A DNA stretch of 61,396 nt, the filler included. It is 7 parts of 7 records of this genome, joined end to end, with 100 filler letters (N's around TTAATTAATTAA, not from the genome) between each part and the next. Parts side by side here need not be neighbours in the genome. Positions count along the whole stretch, not along the records: positions 25,062 to 36,006 come from SRR31156797_18582; positions 36,107 to 42,043 come from SRR31156797_18586; positions 42,144 to 55,287 come from SRR31156797_18596; 4 more parts are not named here. The stretch is one strand, 5' to 3'. Each line of letters opens with the position of its first letter. Position 1 is the stretch's first letter. The translations under genes were made by a program, and so were the position numbers. The notes below the pieces were generated by a model that worked only from the letters and a program-made list of their open reading frames with translations, was not told the DNA's origin and ran no database searches. Below, one piece after another: positions 34,376 through 44,633 of the stretch.

Positions 34376-35808
34376 CCAGCCCGCTTAAAACGGAACAGGC
34401 CCCGGTTAAAGTCCGTGAGAACCTGCCGGTTCCCTCTGACCTTCCGGGAGAGGATAAGGTAGAGCTTCTGCCGGACCAGGGGAAGGGGATGGTGGGTGAA
34501 GCGGGCGGCGGTTTCAGGAGGGAACAGGCGTTTGACCGTAGCGTATCCGCTTTCCAGGACCACGGGGGTATAATCCACCCTGCCCTTGAGCAATTTCAAA
34601 AAATTAAGTTCCTGGGAGGCCACGATATCAGCGGGCAGCCTGCCCGAGGCAAGGGCTGAGTCAAATTCGTCATTGTACCTTAAGCCGTTGACCGCCCCTG
34701 TGCGGAATCTCTCCAGGTCGTTTAAGGTCTTCCAGTCAAAAGGGGTGGATTTCAAATGGAAGAAAACAACCGCTACGGAGATCACAGGATCGCTGTAAAA
34801 AAAATCCGTTTCACGGTCCCGGGTCCTTCGCCAGAGAATAGAGCCGTTGGCCATACCGTTTTTGGCCTCCATAAAGGCCCGCATCCAGGGTCTGAAAAAA
34901 AACCTCGCCCGGTATCCTTCCAGGGCAAAGGCCCGGGATACGATATCAGAGGCTTTTCCGTATGAAGCAAGGTCTTCTCCGGTAAAAGGGGGCCATGATC
35001 CGGCGGTAAGGGTGATCTCCCGTTGACCGGCAAAGGACTCCCTCCTGGCCTGTTTGATCAGAAGATCGAATGTATGGTCCGCCTTCATCTCCCGCAGAAC
35101 ACGGGCAAGTTCCGGGGCCATGGCCCAATGTTTTTTATGGAGGTATGGAAAAAGGGGGAGGCGGCTCAGCTCTCCGGCCTTGGTGATAACGGTATTTCCA
35201 AACTCCTTTTCCCCGAGGGCCCCGTCGATGGTGGTCTCAGTTCCGATGAGCAGGTCTATTCGTCCGGAGGAGAGCATTCTCAGACCCTGGGCGGCATCGG
35301 TGACCTCATATAGGTTGCCGGACCGGATCCCGTGGGTTTTGAGCATTTTTTCAACAAATAGATGTCCCCGGGGATAGCCAATGGTTACGGGGTGCTCTTT
35401 GAGGCCTTCCCATCCGCTCACATGGACACCTGGGGTGTGGGAATAGGCTGTCACGGCGGTCTCCCATATGGTCTCGCCCACCAGGATCAGATTTGGATAC
35501 CTTGTTTGAATCTTTGGGGTAAACTTAAGCCTGGCGCTTTCTCCGTCCACCCGGCCGGCATTGGATTCCACAAGGGAGCGCTTAAGGGGATATAATGTAT
35601 AGGAAAATTCAAATCCCAGCCGGGCAAATGCCTCTGTATACAGCAAATCCATTACCCGTATACAAAAGGGACAGCCGCTTTGATTCACGGCAAAATGAAT
35701 TTTCTTTTCCGGCCTGCCCCCTTTGGGATCGTCCATGGAATAGAGGGGTACTGAAACTAAACTGCCCAATAGGAGGCCGATTACCAGTATTAATCTGCTT
35801 TTTTTCAT
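34363..35808 (-). CDS. Periplasmic protein with two tandem family-3 substrate-binding domains
   Basis: Signal peptide; domain 1 PLKRSL..GRVDG..MLSSGRIDL; domain 2 WPPFTGE..PWMRA..FFYSDP..KLLKGRVD..FNRGL. ATG 35808 preferred. Confidence 0.85.
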   Translation of the reverse strand: MKKSRLILVIGLLLGSLVSVPLYSMDDPKGGRPEKKIHFAVNQSGCPFCIRVMDLLYTEAFARLGFEFSYTLYPLKRSLVESNAGRVDGESARLKFTPKIQTRYPNLILVGETIWETAVTAYSHTPGVHVSGWEGLKEHPVTIGYPRGHLFVEKMLKTHGIRSGNLYEVTDAAQGLRMLSSGRIDLLIGTETTIDGALGEKEFGNTVITKAGELSRLPLFPYLHKKHWAMAPELARVLREMKADHTFDLLIKQARRESFAGQREITLTAGSWPPFTGEDLASYGKASDIVSRAFALEGYRARFFFRPWMRAFMEAKNGMANGSILWRRTRDRETDFFYSDPVISVAVVFFHLKSTPFDWKTLNDLERFRTGAVNGLRYNDEFDSALASGRLPADIVASQELNFLKLLKGRVDYTPVVLESGYATVKRLFPPETAARFTHHPLPLVRQKLYLILSRKVRGNRQVLTDFNRGLFRFKRAGRGE

Positions 35809-36006
35809 AGTCAATGCGCCTGCCGAAAGTCAGTAAGAAGGACGAAGGCCTGGGTAAGTATGGCATTTTAGGCGTAAAAGGGTCAAGAAAAACGAAGAAA
35901 ACCCCCTAATTGCCGGGACTTATTGCAAACCCGTCAAATGGGTGTTAAATTGCTGTCCAGGCAATTAAGATAAACTTAAAGGAAGATATGTGGAAACCGA
36001 CATCCC

Positions 36007-36106
36007 NNNNNNNNNNNNNNNNNNNNNNNNNNNNNNNNNNNNNNNNNNNNTTAATTAATTAANNNNNNNNNNNNNNNNNNNNNNNNNNNNNNNNNNNNNN
36101 NNNNNN
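36007..36106. other. Artificial contig linker
   Basis: 44 N + TTAATTAATTAA + 44 N. Confidence 0.97.
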
Positions 36107-36847
36107 TACTGTTGAAGCAATATACCAATCATCATAGTTCCCAGTAAACTCTCTGATTTGTTTATAATCAACATCTAAGATATGCGTACATACAGCATTT
36201 AAGAAGTGTCTATCGTGAGAGATCACAACCATTGTTCCATCATGGTGTTGTAATTGATTCTCTAACCAACCAATTGTTTTAATATCAAGGTTATTCGTAG
36301 GCTCATCCAAGAATAAGATATCTGGTTTAGGGAAAAGTACTTGTGCTAATAAAACTTTGAATTTATCCCCACCTGTAATTGAACTCATTAAATCATGATG
36401 CATCTCTGCAGGAAAACCTAAATCTTCTAAGATTTTAGTAATCTTAATATCATATTCATAAGTTGGATCTTCCTCAACACTTACGATCTCTAACTCAGCT
36501 AGTCTATTATTGATTTCATCAGTAAAGTCTTCACTCATGTAAAGCTTTTCTTTCTCTTTTATTGCATCATATAATCTTTTATTTCCTAGAAGAACAGTAT
36601 CAAAAAGTGTATAATTTTCATAAGCAAATTGGTTTTGTCCTAATGTCCCAATCTTTTTACCACTTTGAACTTGAATTTCTCCTTCTGTTGCATCTTCGAT
36701 ACCAGAAAGAATTTTTAGAAAAGTTGTTTTCCCAGCACCATTGGCACCAATTAAACCATATCTTTTCCCTGTATCTAGTTTTAAGTTTATATCTTGAAAC
36801 AGCACTCTTGGACCAAATGCTTTTTTTAAGTTAACTACTTGTAACAT
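36107..36847 (-). CDS. ABC-F family ATPase (YbiT-like), N-terminal part
   Basis: GANGAGKTT, LFLDEPTNNLD, ISHDRHFLN, GNYDDW; truncated. Confidence 0.9.
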
Positions 36848-37018
36848 TTATTATACTCCCATTCTTTATTATCCGCGGATTATATCGTAAAGAAACTATA
36901 AGTAATGTTATCTATATTCAAAAAAGTTAAAGAATTCTTTCTACTAACATTTTTTTACTACTAATTATAGCTTATGGTGTTACAATACAAATGTGACAAC
37001 AAAACACAAGGATTGATT

Positions 37019-37789
37019 ATGAAAGTTGTTTTAACTATTGCAGGAAGTGATAGTAGTGGTGGTGCTGGAATACAAGCAGATTTAAAAACTTTTGAAGCTT
37101 TTGGAGTATTTGGATGTAGTGCACTTACAGTTTTAACTGCACAAAATACTACTGGGGTAACTAATATTTCAGAAATCTCATCCTCTTTTGTAAAAGAACA
37201 AATTGAAGCTGTTTTAAAAGATTTTGATGTAAAAGCAATAAAGATTGGAATGCTTTTTTCAAATGAAATAATCGATACAGTTAGAGAAATCATTAAAGAT
37301 TTAGATATTCCCATTATTTTTGACCCTGTTTTTATATCAAAAGCAGGCTCTAAACTTTTAAATGATGATGCAGTGGAAAATCTAAAAACACTTTTTGAAT
37401 ACTCTACAATAATAACACCAAATCTTTTTGAAGCAAAAGCTTTATTTGATTACGACACTTTAAATGAAGAATCTATAAAAAAAATACAAGAATTACCTTG
37501 TAAGGTTGTAATCAAAAACGATAAAGTTACTAAAGATGAAGAGGTATTAAGTTTAGATACTCTTTTTGAAAACAAAGAAAAAAGGGTTTTCTATACAAAA
37601 CTTATTGATACAACAAATACACATGGAACTGGATGTAGTTTTTCAAGTGCAATTACTGCAAATATTGCACTTGGCAAAAGTATTGAAGAATCAATAAAAA
37701 TATCAAAAGAGTTTATATACAATGCTGTAAAAAATGCACCTAATATTGGTCATGGAATGGGACCTATTGCACATAAAAAAGGATTATAA
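37019..37789 (+). CDS. thiD: Hydroxymethylpyrimidine/phosphomethylpyrimidine kinase
   Basis: [48 protein letters not shown] 37019. Confidence 0.93.
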   Translation: MKVVLTIAGSDSSGGAGIQADLKTFEAFGVFGCSALTVLTAQNTTGVTNISEISSSFVKEQIEAVLKDFDVKAIKIGMLFSNEIIDTVREIIKDLDIPIIFDPVFISKAGSKLLNDDAVENLKTLFEYSTIITPNLFEAKALFDYDTLNEESIKKIQELPCKVVIKNDKVTKDEEVLSLDTLFENKEKRVFYTKLIDTTNTHGTGCSFSSAITANIALGKSIEESIKISKEFIYNAVKNAPNIGHGMGPIAHKKGL

Positions 37790-38410
37790 ATGTTAAATAA
37801 ATTAAATGGATTATATGTAATTACAGACAACACATTAACACCAGAAAATACAATTTTAGAACAAGTAGAAAAAGCACTAATTGGTGGTGCAAAAATAATA
37901 CAATATAGAGATAAAATAAACAAAGATGAAGATATAGAAAAACTTGTATTAACTTTACAAAGTCTTTGTAGAAGATATAGAGCACTTTTTGTTTTAAACG
38001 ACAGAATAGACTTGGCAATCAAGCTACAATGTGACGGTTTACATGTAGGGAAAAGTGATTACCATAGAATAAAGGATATTAGAGTACCTTATTTAGGATA
38101 CTTAGGAGTTTCTTGTTATGGCGATATTGAAACTGCTAAAAAAATGCAAGACTTAAGAGTTGATTATGTTGCATTTGGAGCATTTTTTGCCTCTCCTACA
38201 AAACCAAATGCCAATGTAGTAGATACAGATATTATAAAAAAAGCTAAAGAGCAACTAGATATTCCTGTATGTGCAATTGGTGGAATAACTACAAAAAATG
38301 TATCAGATTTAACAAAAAACAATATTGATATGGTTGCAGTTATAAGTGATATCTGGAATAGTGAAGATATAACAAAAAAATGTGAAGAATACAAAACATT
38401 ATTAGGTTAA
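37790..38410 (+). CDS. thiE: Thiamine phosphate synthase
   Basis: LYVITD, QYRDK, LND, DGLHVG, GVSC, DYVAFG..SPTKP, AIGGI. Confidence 0.93.
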   Translation: MLNKLNGLYVITDNTLTPENTILEQVEKALIGGAKIIQYRDKINKDEDIEKLVLTLQSLCRRYRALFVLNDRIDLAIKLQCDGLHVGKSDYHRIKDIRVPYLGYLGVSCYGDIETAKKMQDLRVDYVAFGAFFASPTKPNANVVDTDIIKKAKEQLDIPVCAIGGITTKNVSDLTKNNIDMVAVISDIWNSEDITKKCEEYKTLLG

Positions 38411-38413
38411 AAA

Positions 38414-38779
38414 ATGAATGCACTTATATTTATTGCTCATGGTAGTAGAAAAGAGTTATCAAACAACGAATTTATCTCAATGGTTGAGGATATAAAAACT
38501 AAAAACAATGATTATGATTTTATAGAAGCTTCGTTTTTAGAGTTAGCTACTCCAAGTATCGAAGAGTGTTCAAACAATCTTATAAATAAAGGTGCTACAA
38601 AAATTTATTATTACCCATTTTTCTTAAACTCAGGAAGACATGTAATAAGTGATATCCCTGAGATTGTAGAGATATTAAAAAAAGAGAATCCAAATATAGA
38701 GTTTGAGATTCTAAAACACTTTGGTAAATCAAACCATATAGAAGAGATTATTTTAAAAGATATCTCTTCTAATTTATAA
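38414..38779 (+). CDS. CbiX/SirB-type small chelatase
   Basis: IAHGSR, FLELATPSI, PFFLNSGRHVISDIP. Confidence 0.85.
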   Translation: MNALIFIAHGSRKELSNNEFISMVEDIKTKNNDYDFIEASFLELATPSIEECSNNLINKGATKIYYYPFFLNSGRHVISDIPEIVEILKKENPNIEFEILKHFGKSNHIEEIILKDISSNL

Positions 38780-38850
38780 GTTAACATTTTTTTAGTACAA
38801 AAAATCGTTTTTTAAATATAAAATCAATTATATAATAAAAAGGAGACACC

Positions 38851-39117
38851 ATGTTAAGGGAATTAATTCTTACTACAGTTGGAGCAAGTTCTTTACTAAA
38901 AGATAAAATAGAAGATGAACTAAAAGTCTTAGAAAAAAAAGGTAAAATCAAAAAATCTGATGCCAAAGATTTCTTAAAAAAGTTAGAAAAAAAAGGCAAA
39001 CTTGAAGATAAAAAAATCAAAAAAGAGCTACGAGGTCATTTAAAAGAATTAATAAATGAATTAGGGCTTGTTACAAAAAAAGATTTAAAAAAATTCAAAG
39101 AAGAACTAAATAAATAG
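38851..39117 (+). CDS. Phasin-like / PHA-granule-associated small coiled-coil protein
   Basis: 88 aa; LEKKGKIKKSDAKDF and LGLVTKKDL patterns; AGGAG RBS. Confidence 0.6.
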   Translation: MLRELILTTVGASSLLKDKIEDELKVLEKKGKIKKSDAKDFLKKLEKKGKLEDKKIKKELRGHLKELINELGLVTKKDLKKFKEELNK

Positions 39118-39130
39118 TCTGGAGAATATT

Positions 39131-39769
39131 ATGGCAGATTTGTCAAAAATGAGACAAGAATATACAACAAAAGGTTTAAATGAAGAGGATTTATTTAAAG
39201 ACCCTTTTGAACAATTTGAAAAATGGTTTAATGAAGCTTTAGAAGCTAAACTAATAGAACCAAATGCATTTACTTTAAGTACTGTTGGTAAAGATTTAAA
39301 ACCATCTCAAAGAACAGTGTTACTAAAGATGTATGATAAAAAAGGTTTTACATTTTTCTCTAACTATAATAGTAAAAAATCAAAACACATTGATGAAAAT
39401 CCATATATCTCTGCTCATTTTGCTTGGTTAGGCTTAGAAAGACAAGTTAGAATAGAAGGTGAGATTAGAAAAATACCAAAAGGTGAATCTCTAAAATACT
39501 TTTTATCTAGACCAAAAGGTAGCCAAATTGGTGCTTGGGTTTCACACCAAAGTCAAGTAGTAAACTCTAGAACTGTTTTAGAAAATAAATTTGATGCAAT
39601 GAGAAAAAAATTTGCAAATGGTGAGATTCCATTCCCGTCTTTTTGGGGAGGTTATCAAATAATCCCAAAATACTTTGAATTTTGGCAAGGTGGTCTAAAT
39701 AGGCTTCACGATAGATTTGTTTATGAACTAGTTGATGGGTCTTGGAAAATCTATAGATTAGAACCATAG
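39131..39769 (+). CDS. pdxH: Pyridoxamine 5'-phosphate oxidase
   Basis: PSQRTVLLK, FFSNYNSKK, RQVRIEG, YFLSRP, EFWQG..RLHDR. Confidence 0.94.
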   Translation: MADLSKMRQEYTTKGLNEEDLFKDPFEQFEKWFNEALEAKLIEPNAFTLSTVGKDLKPSQRTVLLKMYDKKGFTFFSNYNSKKSKHIDENPYISAHFAWLGLERQVRIEGEIRKIPKGESLKYFLSRPKGSQIGAWVSHQSQVVNSRTVLENKFDAMRKKFANGEIPFPSFWGGYQIIPKYFEFWQGGLNRLHDRFVYELVDGSWKIYRLEP

Positions 39770-39777
39770 GAGAAAAT

Positions 39778-40836
39778 ATGCCATGCAACAGATGTGGTGA
39801 TGTTTTTGAATTAAAAAACTTGCCTTCAAAAATATATTTTATAAGCCAATATGATGAACTTATGACTAAAAGTAGAGTTTTTCTAATGAAACTTGGACTT
39901 AATATCTTTAAAATCCACGACTTACATTATATAAAAGTTGAAGATACAAAAGAGTTTTTTTATGAAAATATTGATGCTATTAAACTTCATTTTAATGAAC
40001 TAGCAACACAAGATATTAAGCTTTTCATTGATTACAAAGATGAGGGGTTTTCATATAAAGTTGTTTTAAACTCAAAACCTTTTCAAAATTATATAAATCT
40101 TATTGATGATAAAGATTTTTTTGAAATTATAAAATATCAATCATTAACATCATATTTTCAGCCAATAATTGAAGCAGAAACAAACTCTATATATGGTTAT
40201 GAATCACTTATTAGAGGTGTTCATCCTGATGGAACTTTAATGTATCCTGATAAGTTATTTAAAAAATCTACTAGAAACGATATGAACTTCAATTTAGACA
40301 GACTTTGTAGAGAAAATGCACTAAAAACAGCAGCTACAAAAAAGATTGATAAAAAAGTATTTATTAACTTTATTCCAACATCAATATATGATCCTGAATA
40401 TTGTTTAAAATCAACAGTAAAATGGGCTAGACAGTTAGAGTTTGATCCATCTAATATAGTATTTGAAGTTGTTGAAACAGAAACAATAAGAGACCAAAAA
40501 CACCTAAAAAATATTTTAGAGTTTTATAGAAATGAAGGTTTTCAAATTGCATTAGATGATGTTGGTGAAGGGTATTCAAGTTTAAATAGAATCATTGACC
40601 TAAAACCAGATATTATAAAAGTTGATAGAAATATCATTGATAATATAGATAAAGATGAATTAAAATTTTCTGTATATAAAGCTCTTTATAATTTATCAAA
40701 AGAAAATGGTATCAAAATATTAGCAGAAGGTATTGAAACAGCATATGAACTTGAAACAATAAAAGGTATCGGTGTTGATTATATGCAAGGTTATTACTTT
40801 AGTAAACCTATGCCTGAACCAATTAGAAAGTTATAA
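39778..40836 (+). CDS. EAL-domain c-di-GMP phosphodiesterase
   Basis: FQPI..YESLIR, FINF, FEVVE, ALDDVGEGYSS, IKVD, AEGIET, QGYYF. Confidence 0.88.
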   Translation: MPCNRCGDVFELKNLPSKIYFISQYDELMTKSRVFLMKLGLNIFKIHDLHYIKVEDTKEFFYENIDAIKLHFNELATQDIKLFIDYKDEGFSYKVVLNSKPFQNYINLIDDKDFFEIIKYQSLTSYFQPIIEAETNSIYGYESLIRGVHPDGTLMYPDKLFKKSTRNDMNFNLDRLCRENALKTAATKKIDKKVFINFIPTSIYDPEYCLKSTVKWARQLEFDPSNIVFEVVETETIRDQKHLKNILEFYRNEGFQIALDDVGEGYSSLNRIIDLKPDIIKVDRNIIDNIDKDELKFSVYKALYNLSKENGIKILAEGIETAYELETIKGIGVDYMQGYYFSKPMPEPIRKL

Positions 40837-40846
40837 AGGATAAGTC

Positions 40847-42043
40847 ATCAAAAATTATTCACCATCTAGAATATACAAAGTATTTCTATTTTTATTGACA
40901 ATCTATATGGTAATAAAAAAAAGAGATAGATTTTTTATTTTTAAACCCTTAAAACCAAAAACTCTAAGAAAATATATTTTGGATTTGGGAGCAAGCTTCA
41001 TAAAACTTGCACAAGTATTAGCAACTCGCGCAGATTTTTTTAGTCATGAATATTTAGATGAATTAAAAACTTTACACGACCAAATTCCACCAATGAATAA
41101 AACACAATTTAATGAAGTTTTTTATTCAGCATTTGAAAATAACAATGTTTTTGAAAGTTTTGAACAAGAGCCAATTGCTTCAGCTTCAATAGGACAAGTG
41201 CATGTTGCATACTTAAAAAATGGCAAAAAAGTTGCTGTTAAACTTAGAAGATACGGTATCAAAAAACAAGTATTAGCAGATATAAAAATCATAAATTTTT
41301 TCAATGCTATTTTTAATCCCCTATTCTCTTCATATACTAAAAACTCAATTGATGCAGTTATTTCAGAGTTTTCAAAAATGATTATTCAAGAAGTTTCATT
41401 AAACCATGAACTTCAAAATCTAAAAAATTTCAAAAAAGTTTATAAAAAAGAGAAAATCAGATTTCCAAAAGCATATAAAAAATACTCTAGCGATGATGCA
41501 CTTGTTATGAGTTTTGAAGAAGGATTTAGATTTGATGACAAAGAAAATATTCTAAAACACAATATTGATTTTAAGAAGATTATTTCAAACCTAGTAAACT
41601 TCTATACAACACAGATGTTGATAAAAGGATATTTCCATGCAGACCCACACCCTGGAAATTTATTAGTTAATACAAAAGGTGAGTTAATACTTTTAGATTT
41701 TGGGATGGTTAAAACTGTACCAAATGATAAAAGAGTTGCAATAATCGAACTAATAAAAGCTGCAAATGAAAAAGATTATGAAACATATATTAGTGCAAGC
41801 AAAAGATTAGGAACTATTGCTTATGAGGCTCCAACAGGAGAATTAGCAGAGTTTACTTCTAAAATGTTTGATATCTTTTCAAATGACAATCTAGATAGTC
41901 AGTCTATGCAAACTTTAGCTTTCAATGTTTTGGAAGGTACTAGAGATATGCCTTTTAAACTACCAAGTGATGCAATATATATTTTAAGAGTGAGTGCTAT
42001 TATAGAAGGACTGGGAACAACATATATTGAAAACTTCAATGGT
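40847..42043 (+). CDS. AarF/UbiB (ABC1) family kinase, 3'-truncated
   Basis: LGASFIKLAQ, PIASASIGQVH, VAVK, FHADPHPGN, LDFGMV. Start uncertain: ATC 40847 after AAGGA, or TTG 40895. Confidence 0.85.
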
Positions 42044-42143
42044 NNNNNNNNNNNNNNNNNNNNNNNNNNNNNNNNNNNNNNNNNNNNTTAATTAATTAAN
42101 NNNNNNNNNNNNNNNNNNNNNNNNNNNNNNNNNNNNNNNNNNN
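42044..42143. other. Artificial contig linker
   Basis: 44 N + TTAATTAATTAA + 44 N. Confidence 0.97.
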
Positions 42144-42573
42144 GGGATTTCTGGCTTTATGGGCAGGTGTTGCGACCCCTGAACAGGCCGAACGGATTGT
42201 TAATGAGCATTATAAAGATCCTCGCACATTTAATTCCCCATCAGGGGTAAGAACCCTTTCGAAGATGGAAAAAATGTATAGTCTGCGAGCGAGTGCAAAT
42301 CCTTCAAACTGGCGTGGTCCTATTTGGGGCGTGTCAAATTATATGGTTTTTAAAGGGCTGGCCGATTATGGTTATGAAGAAGAAGCAAAGGAACTGGCTA
42401 CAAAAACGGTTCAATTGTTTGGGAAAGACTTTCAGAAAAATAGTGCATTACACGAATATTACGAACCCGAAACAGGAGAACCCTTGCTAAACAAGGGATT
42501 TCAGAATTGGAATTACCTGGTAATAAACATGATTGCCTGGTTGGAAGGAAGAACTGTTGTAAATGAATTCTAA
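42144..42573 (+). CDS. (alpha/alpha)6 glycoside hydrolase (trehalase/MGH1-like), C-terminal part
   Basis: Frame open from the edge: FLALWAGVAT..SGVRTLSK..NWRGPIW..GLADYGY..LHEYYEPETG..FQNWN. Confidence 0.75.
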
Positions 42574-42627
42574 GGTTATTTCGGAGAAATAGCTTTTTAT
42601 TCTACAACTAATTTAAAAAACCTGACT

Positions 42628-44622
42628 ATGATTCTAAACAAGATTATAATTCGTTTAATTGGAGTATCCCTGTTTTTTGTTTTATGGCAAAACAGTGCCG
42701 GACAAAACTTCGATGCCTTGCCGTGGAAGATGAATACGGCTTATTTCAATTACCTGATGCGCAACGTTCATCAACAATATGAGGAAAGGGAAAGCCGGAT
42801 TGAGGAAGCATTTGAAACAAAGGAATCGATGGAGGCATACCGGGATGATTGTTTACGACGCTATAAAAGTATTTATGGGACAATACCTGCAAAAGAGGAT
42901 TTGAGTGCCCAAATGCTTGGCAAAACGGTTTCTGATGGATTTGTTGTTGAAAAAATAATTTACCAAAGTATCCCAAAACGGTACGTTACCGCAAACCTGT
43001 ACCTTCCTGTTGGAGAAGGGCCGTTTCCTGCGGCAGTTCAACTTTGCGGCCATGGTTTGGGCGGTAAAATACCTGCCTCAGCCGCTGCGGTATTAATGGC
43101 CAAAAACGGAATAGCTACATTAGTGGTTGACCCGGTGGGGCAAGGTGAGCGTATTCAGTTTATCGATGAAAATTCAAAAACGAAAACCCGGGGAGCCACT
43201 ACAGGGCATACTTTATTAAATGCCGGGGCAAATTTGCTGGGAACAAGTGTTGCTGCATACGAAATGTGGGATAACCACCGGGCAATCGATTATTTAATAA
43301 GCCGTAGTGATATTGATTCTTCCCGAATAGGCGTATTTGGTAGTTCAGGTGGCGGAACACAAACTTCTTACCTGCTGGGTTTCGATTCGAGAATAAAAGT
43401 TGCTTCTATTTGCAGTTATTTTTCAAAACGAGAAAGAACTTTTGAGCTCTATGGGGCGTCAGATGGCTGCCAACATATGCCGTACGAAGGCAAAGAACAA
43501 CTTGAAATTGCAGACTTTGTATTAACGATGGCTCCACGCCCGGTATTAATTATGTCGGGAAAATATGACTTTGTTGATTATTGGGGGGCTTGCGCAGGTT
43601 TTGAGGAGTTAAAAAAAGCTTATTTTGTTTTAGGAAAACCAGAACAGGTTGAAATGTTCTCTATTGAAGGGGGACATGGAATGCCAAAAGCTAAGCGAGA
43701 GGCATTGGTAAGCTGGTTTAAGCGATGGTTGCTAAACGATACCATACCGGTTAAAGAAGGGCAACTTTCAGCAATAGATCCTATCGATCTGCAATGTACG
43801 GAAACTGGTCAGGTAATTTCTTCCATTTCAGATAATCAATCTTTTCCTGAGTATCATTTACAAAAAGCTCATGCTTTGCAAGTTCAGCGGAATAAATTTT
43901 TAAAGCAGGAAGCAAATGAAGTTAAAAAACAGGTGCTCGAACTTTTGGGAATAAATCCACCAACAGAGCCTGTAAAAGTACACGAAAGAGGAGTAATTCA
44001 GAAAAGGACTTATAACATAAAAAAATACCAGATTGCTCGACAAGGGCAAATGCCCGTGGCAGTTGCTTTGGTTGAACCTGAGACCGTAAATCCCGAACTA
44101 CCCATTCTGATTTACCTGGATGAAAATGGGAAAAATGGATTTTTGAATCAGGCAACAACAATTGAGGGGTATGCAAACAAGGGACAAGTTGTAATTGCAG
44201 CCGACTTGAGAGGATTTGGTGAAACAATGGATCCTCCTGAGTTGAATGATACCAAATACTGGAATTGGGAATACCGAAATGCAATGATAAGCATGCACAT
44301 TGGTAAACCAATTATTGGGCAACGTGTAATCGATATTTTTAGCCTGTTGGATTTTATCAGATCATCGAAAAAATTGGATGGTCAACCAATTAAGGTAATT
44401 GCCACAGGAAAATATGGACCGGCTGCCGTTCATGCAGCTTATTTGGATAAACGAATTGCAAAACTGGAAGTAAACCGTTCGATTAAGTCCTATTTTGAAT
44501 ATTTGGAAAATCCCTTACAGCGAGATGTTTACAGTAATGTAATATATAGTGTGCTAGCCTATTACGATTTGAAAGATTTGGTACAACTCGCAGGAGTTGA
44601 TAGAGTAAAATTTGTTGATTAA
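42628..44622 (+). CDS. Secreted two-domain alpha/beta-hydrolase (acetyl xylan esterase-like carbohydrate esterase)
   Basis: Signal peptide, ANLYLP, CGH, DPVGQGER, GVFGSSGGG (GxSxG), APRP, GGHG; second domain DLRGFGE lacks an obvious nucleophile. Confidence 0.75.
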   Translation: MILNKIIIRLIGVSLFFVLWQNSAGQNFDALPWKMNTAYFNYLMRNVHQQYEERESRIEEAFETKESMEAYRDDCLRRYKSIYGTIPAKEDLSAQMLGKTVSDGFVVEKIIYQSIPKRYVTANLYLPVGEGPFPAAVQLCGHGLGGKIPASAAAVLMAKNGIATLVVDPVGQGERIQFIDENSKTKTRGATTGHTLLNAGANLLGTSVAAYEMWDNHRAIDYLISRSDIDSSRIGVFGSSGGGTQTSYLLGFDSRIKVASICSYFSKRERTFELYGASDGCQHMPYEGKEQLEIADFVLTMAPRPVLIMSGKYDFVDYWGACAGFEELKKAYFVLGKPEQVEMFSIEGGHGMPKAKREALVSWFKRWLLNDTIPVKEGQLSAIDPIDLQCTETGQVISSISDNQSFPEYHLQKAHALQVQRNKFLKQEANEVKKQVLELLGINPPTEPVKVHERGVIQKRTYNIKKYQIARQGQMPVAVALVEPETVNPELPILIYLDENGKNGFLNQATTIEGYANKGQVVIAADLRGFGETMDPPELNDTKYWNWEYRNAMISMHIGKPIIGQRVIDIFSLLDFIRSSKKLDGQPIKVIATGKYGPAAVHAAYLDKRIAKLEVNRSIKSYFEYLENPLQRDVYSNVIYSVLAYYDLKDLVQLAGVDRVKFVD

Positions 44623-44633
44623 ATAACTAAAAA

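Noticed and set aside
34403-34410. 8-nt spacer seed match (CGGTTAAA) in the substrate-binding gene
   Set aside because: Preceded by CCC rather than a TTC PAM and the match stops at 8 nt.
34586-35866. Many short overlapping ORFs over the substrate-binding gene
   Set aside because: Shadow ORFs expected in GC-rich coding DNA; the same applies to the other short antisense ORFs in the track.
36848-37018. TPP riboswitch upstream of thiD
   Set aside because: No CTGAGA / CCTGA-type core or GC-rich stems visible.
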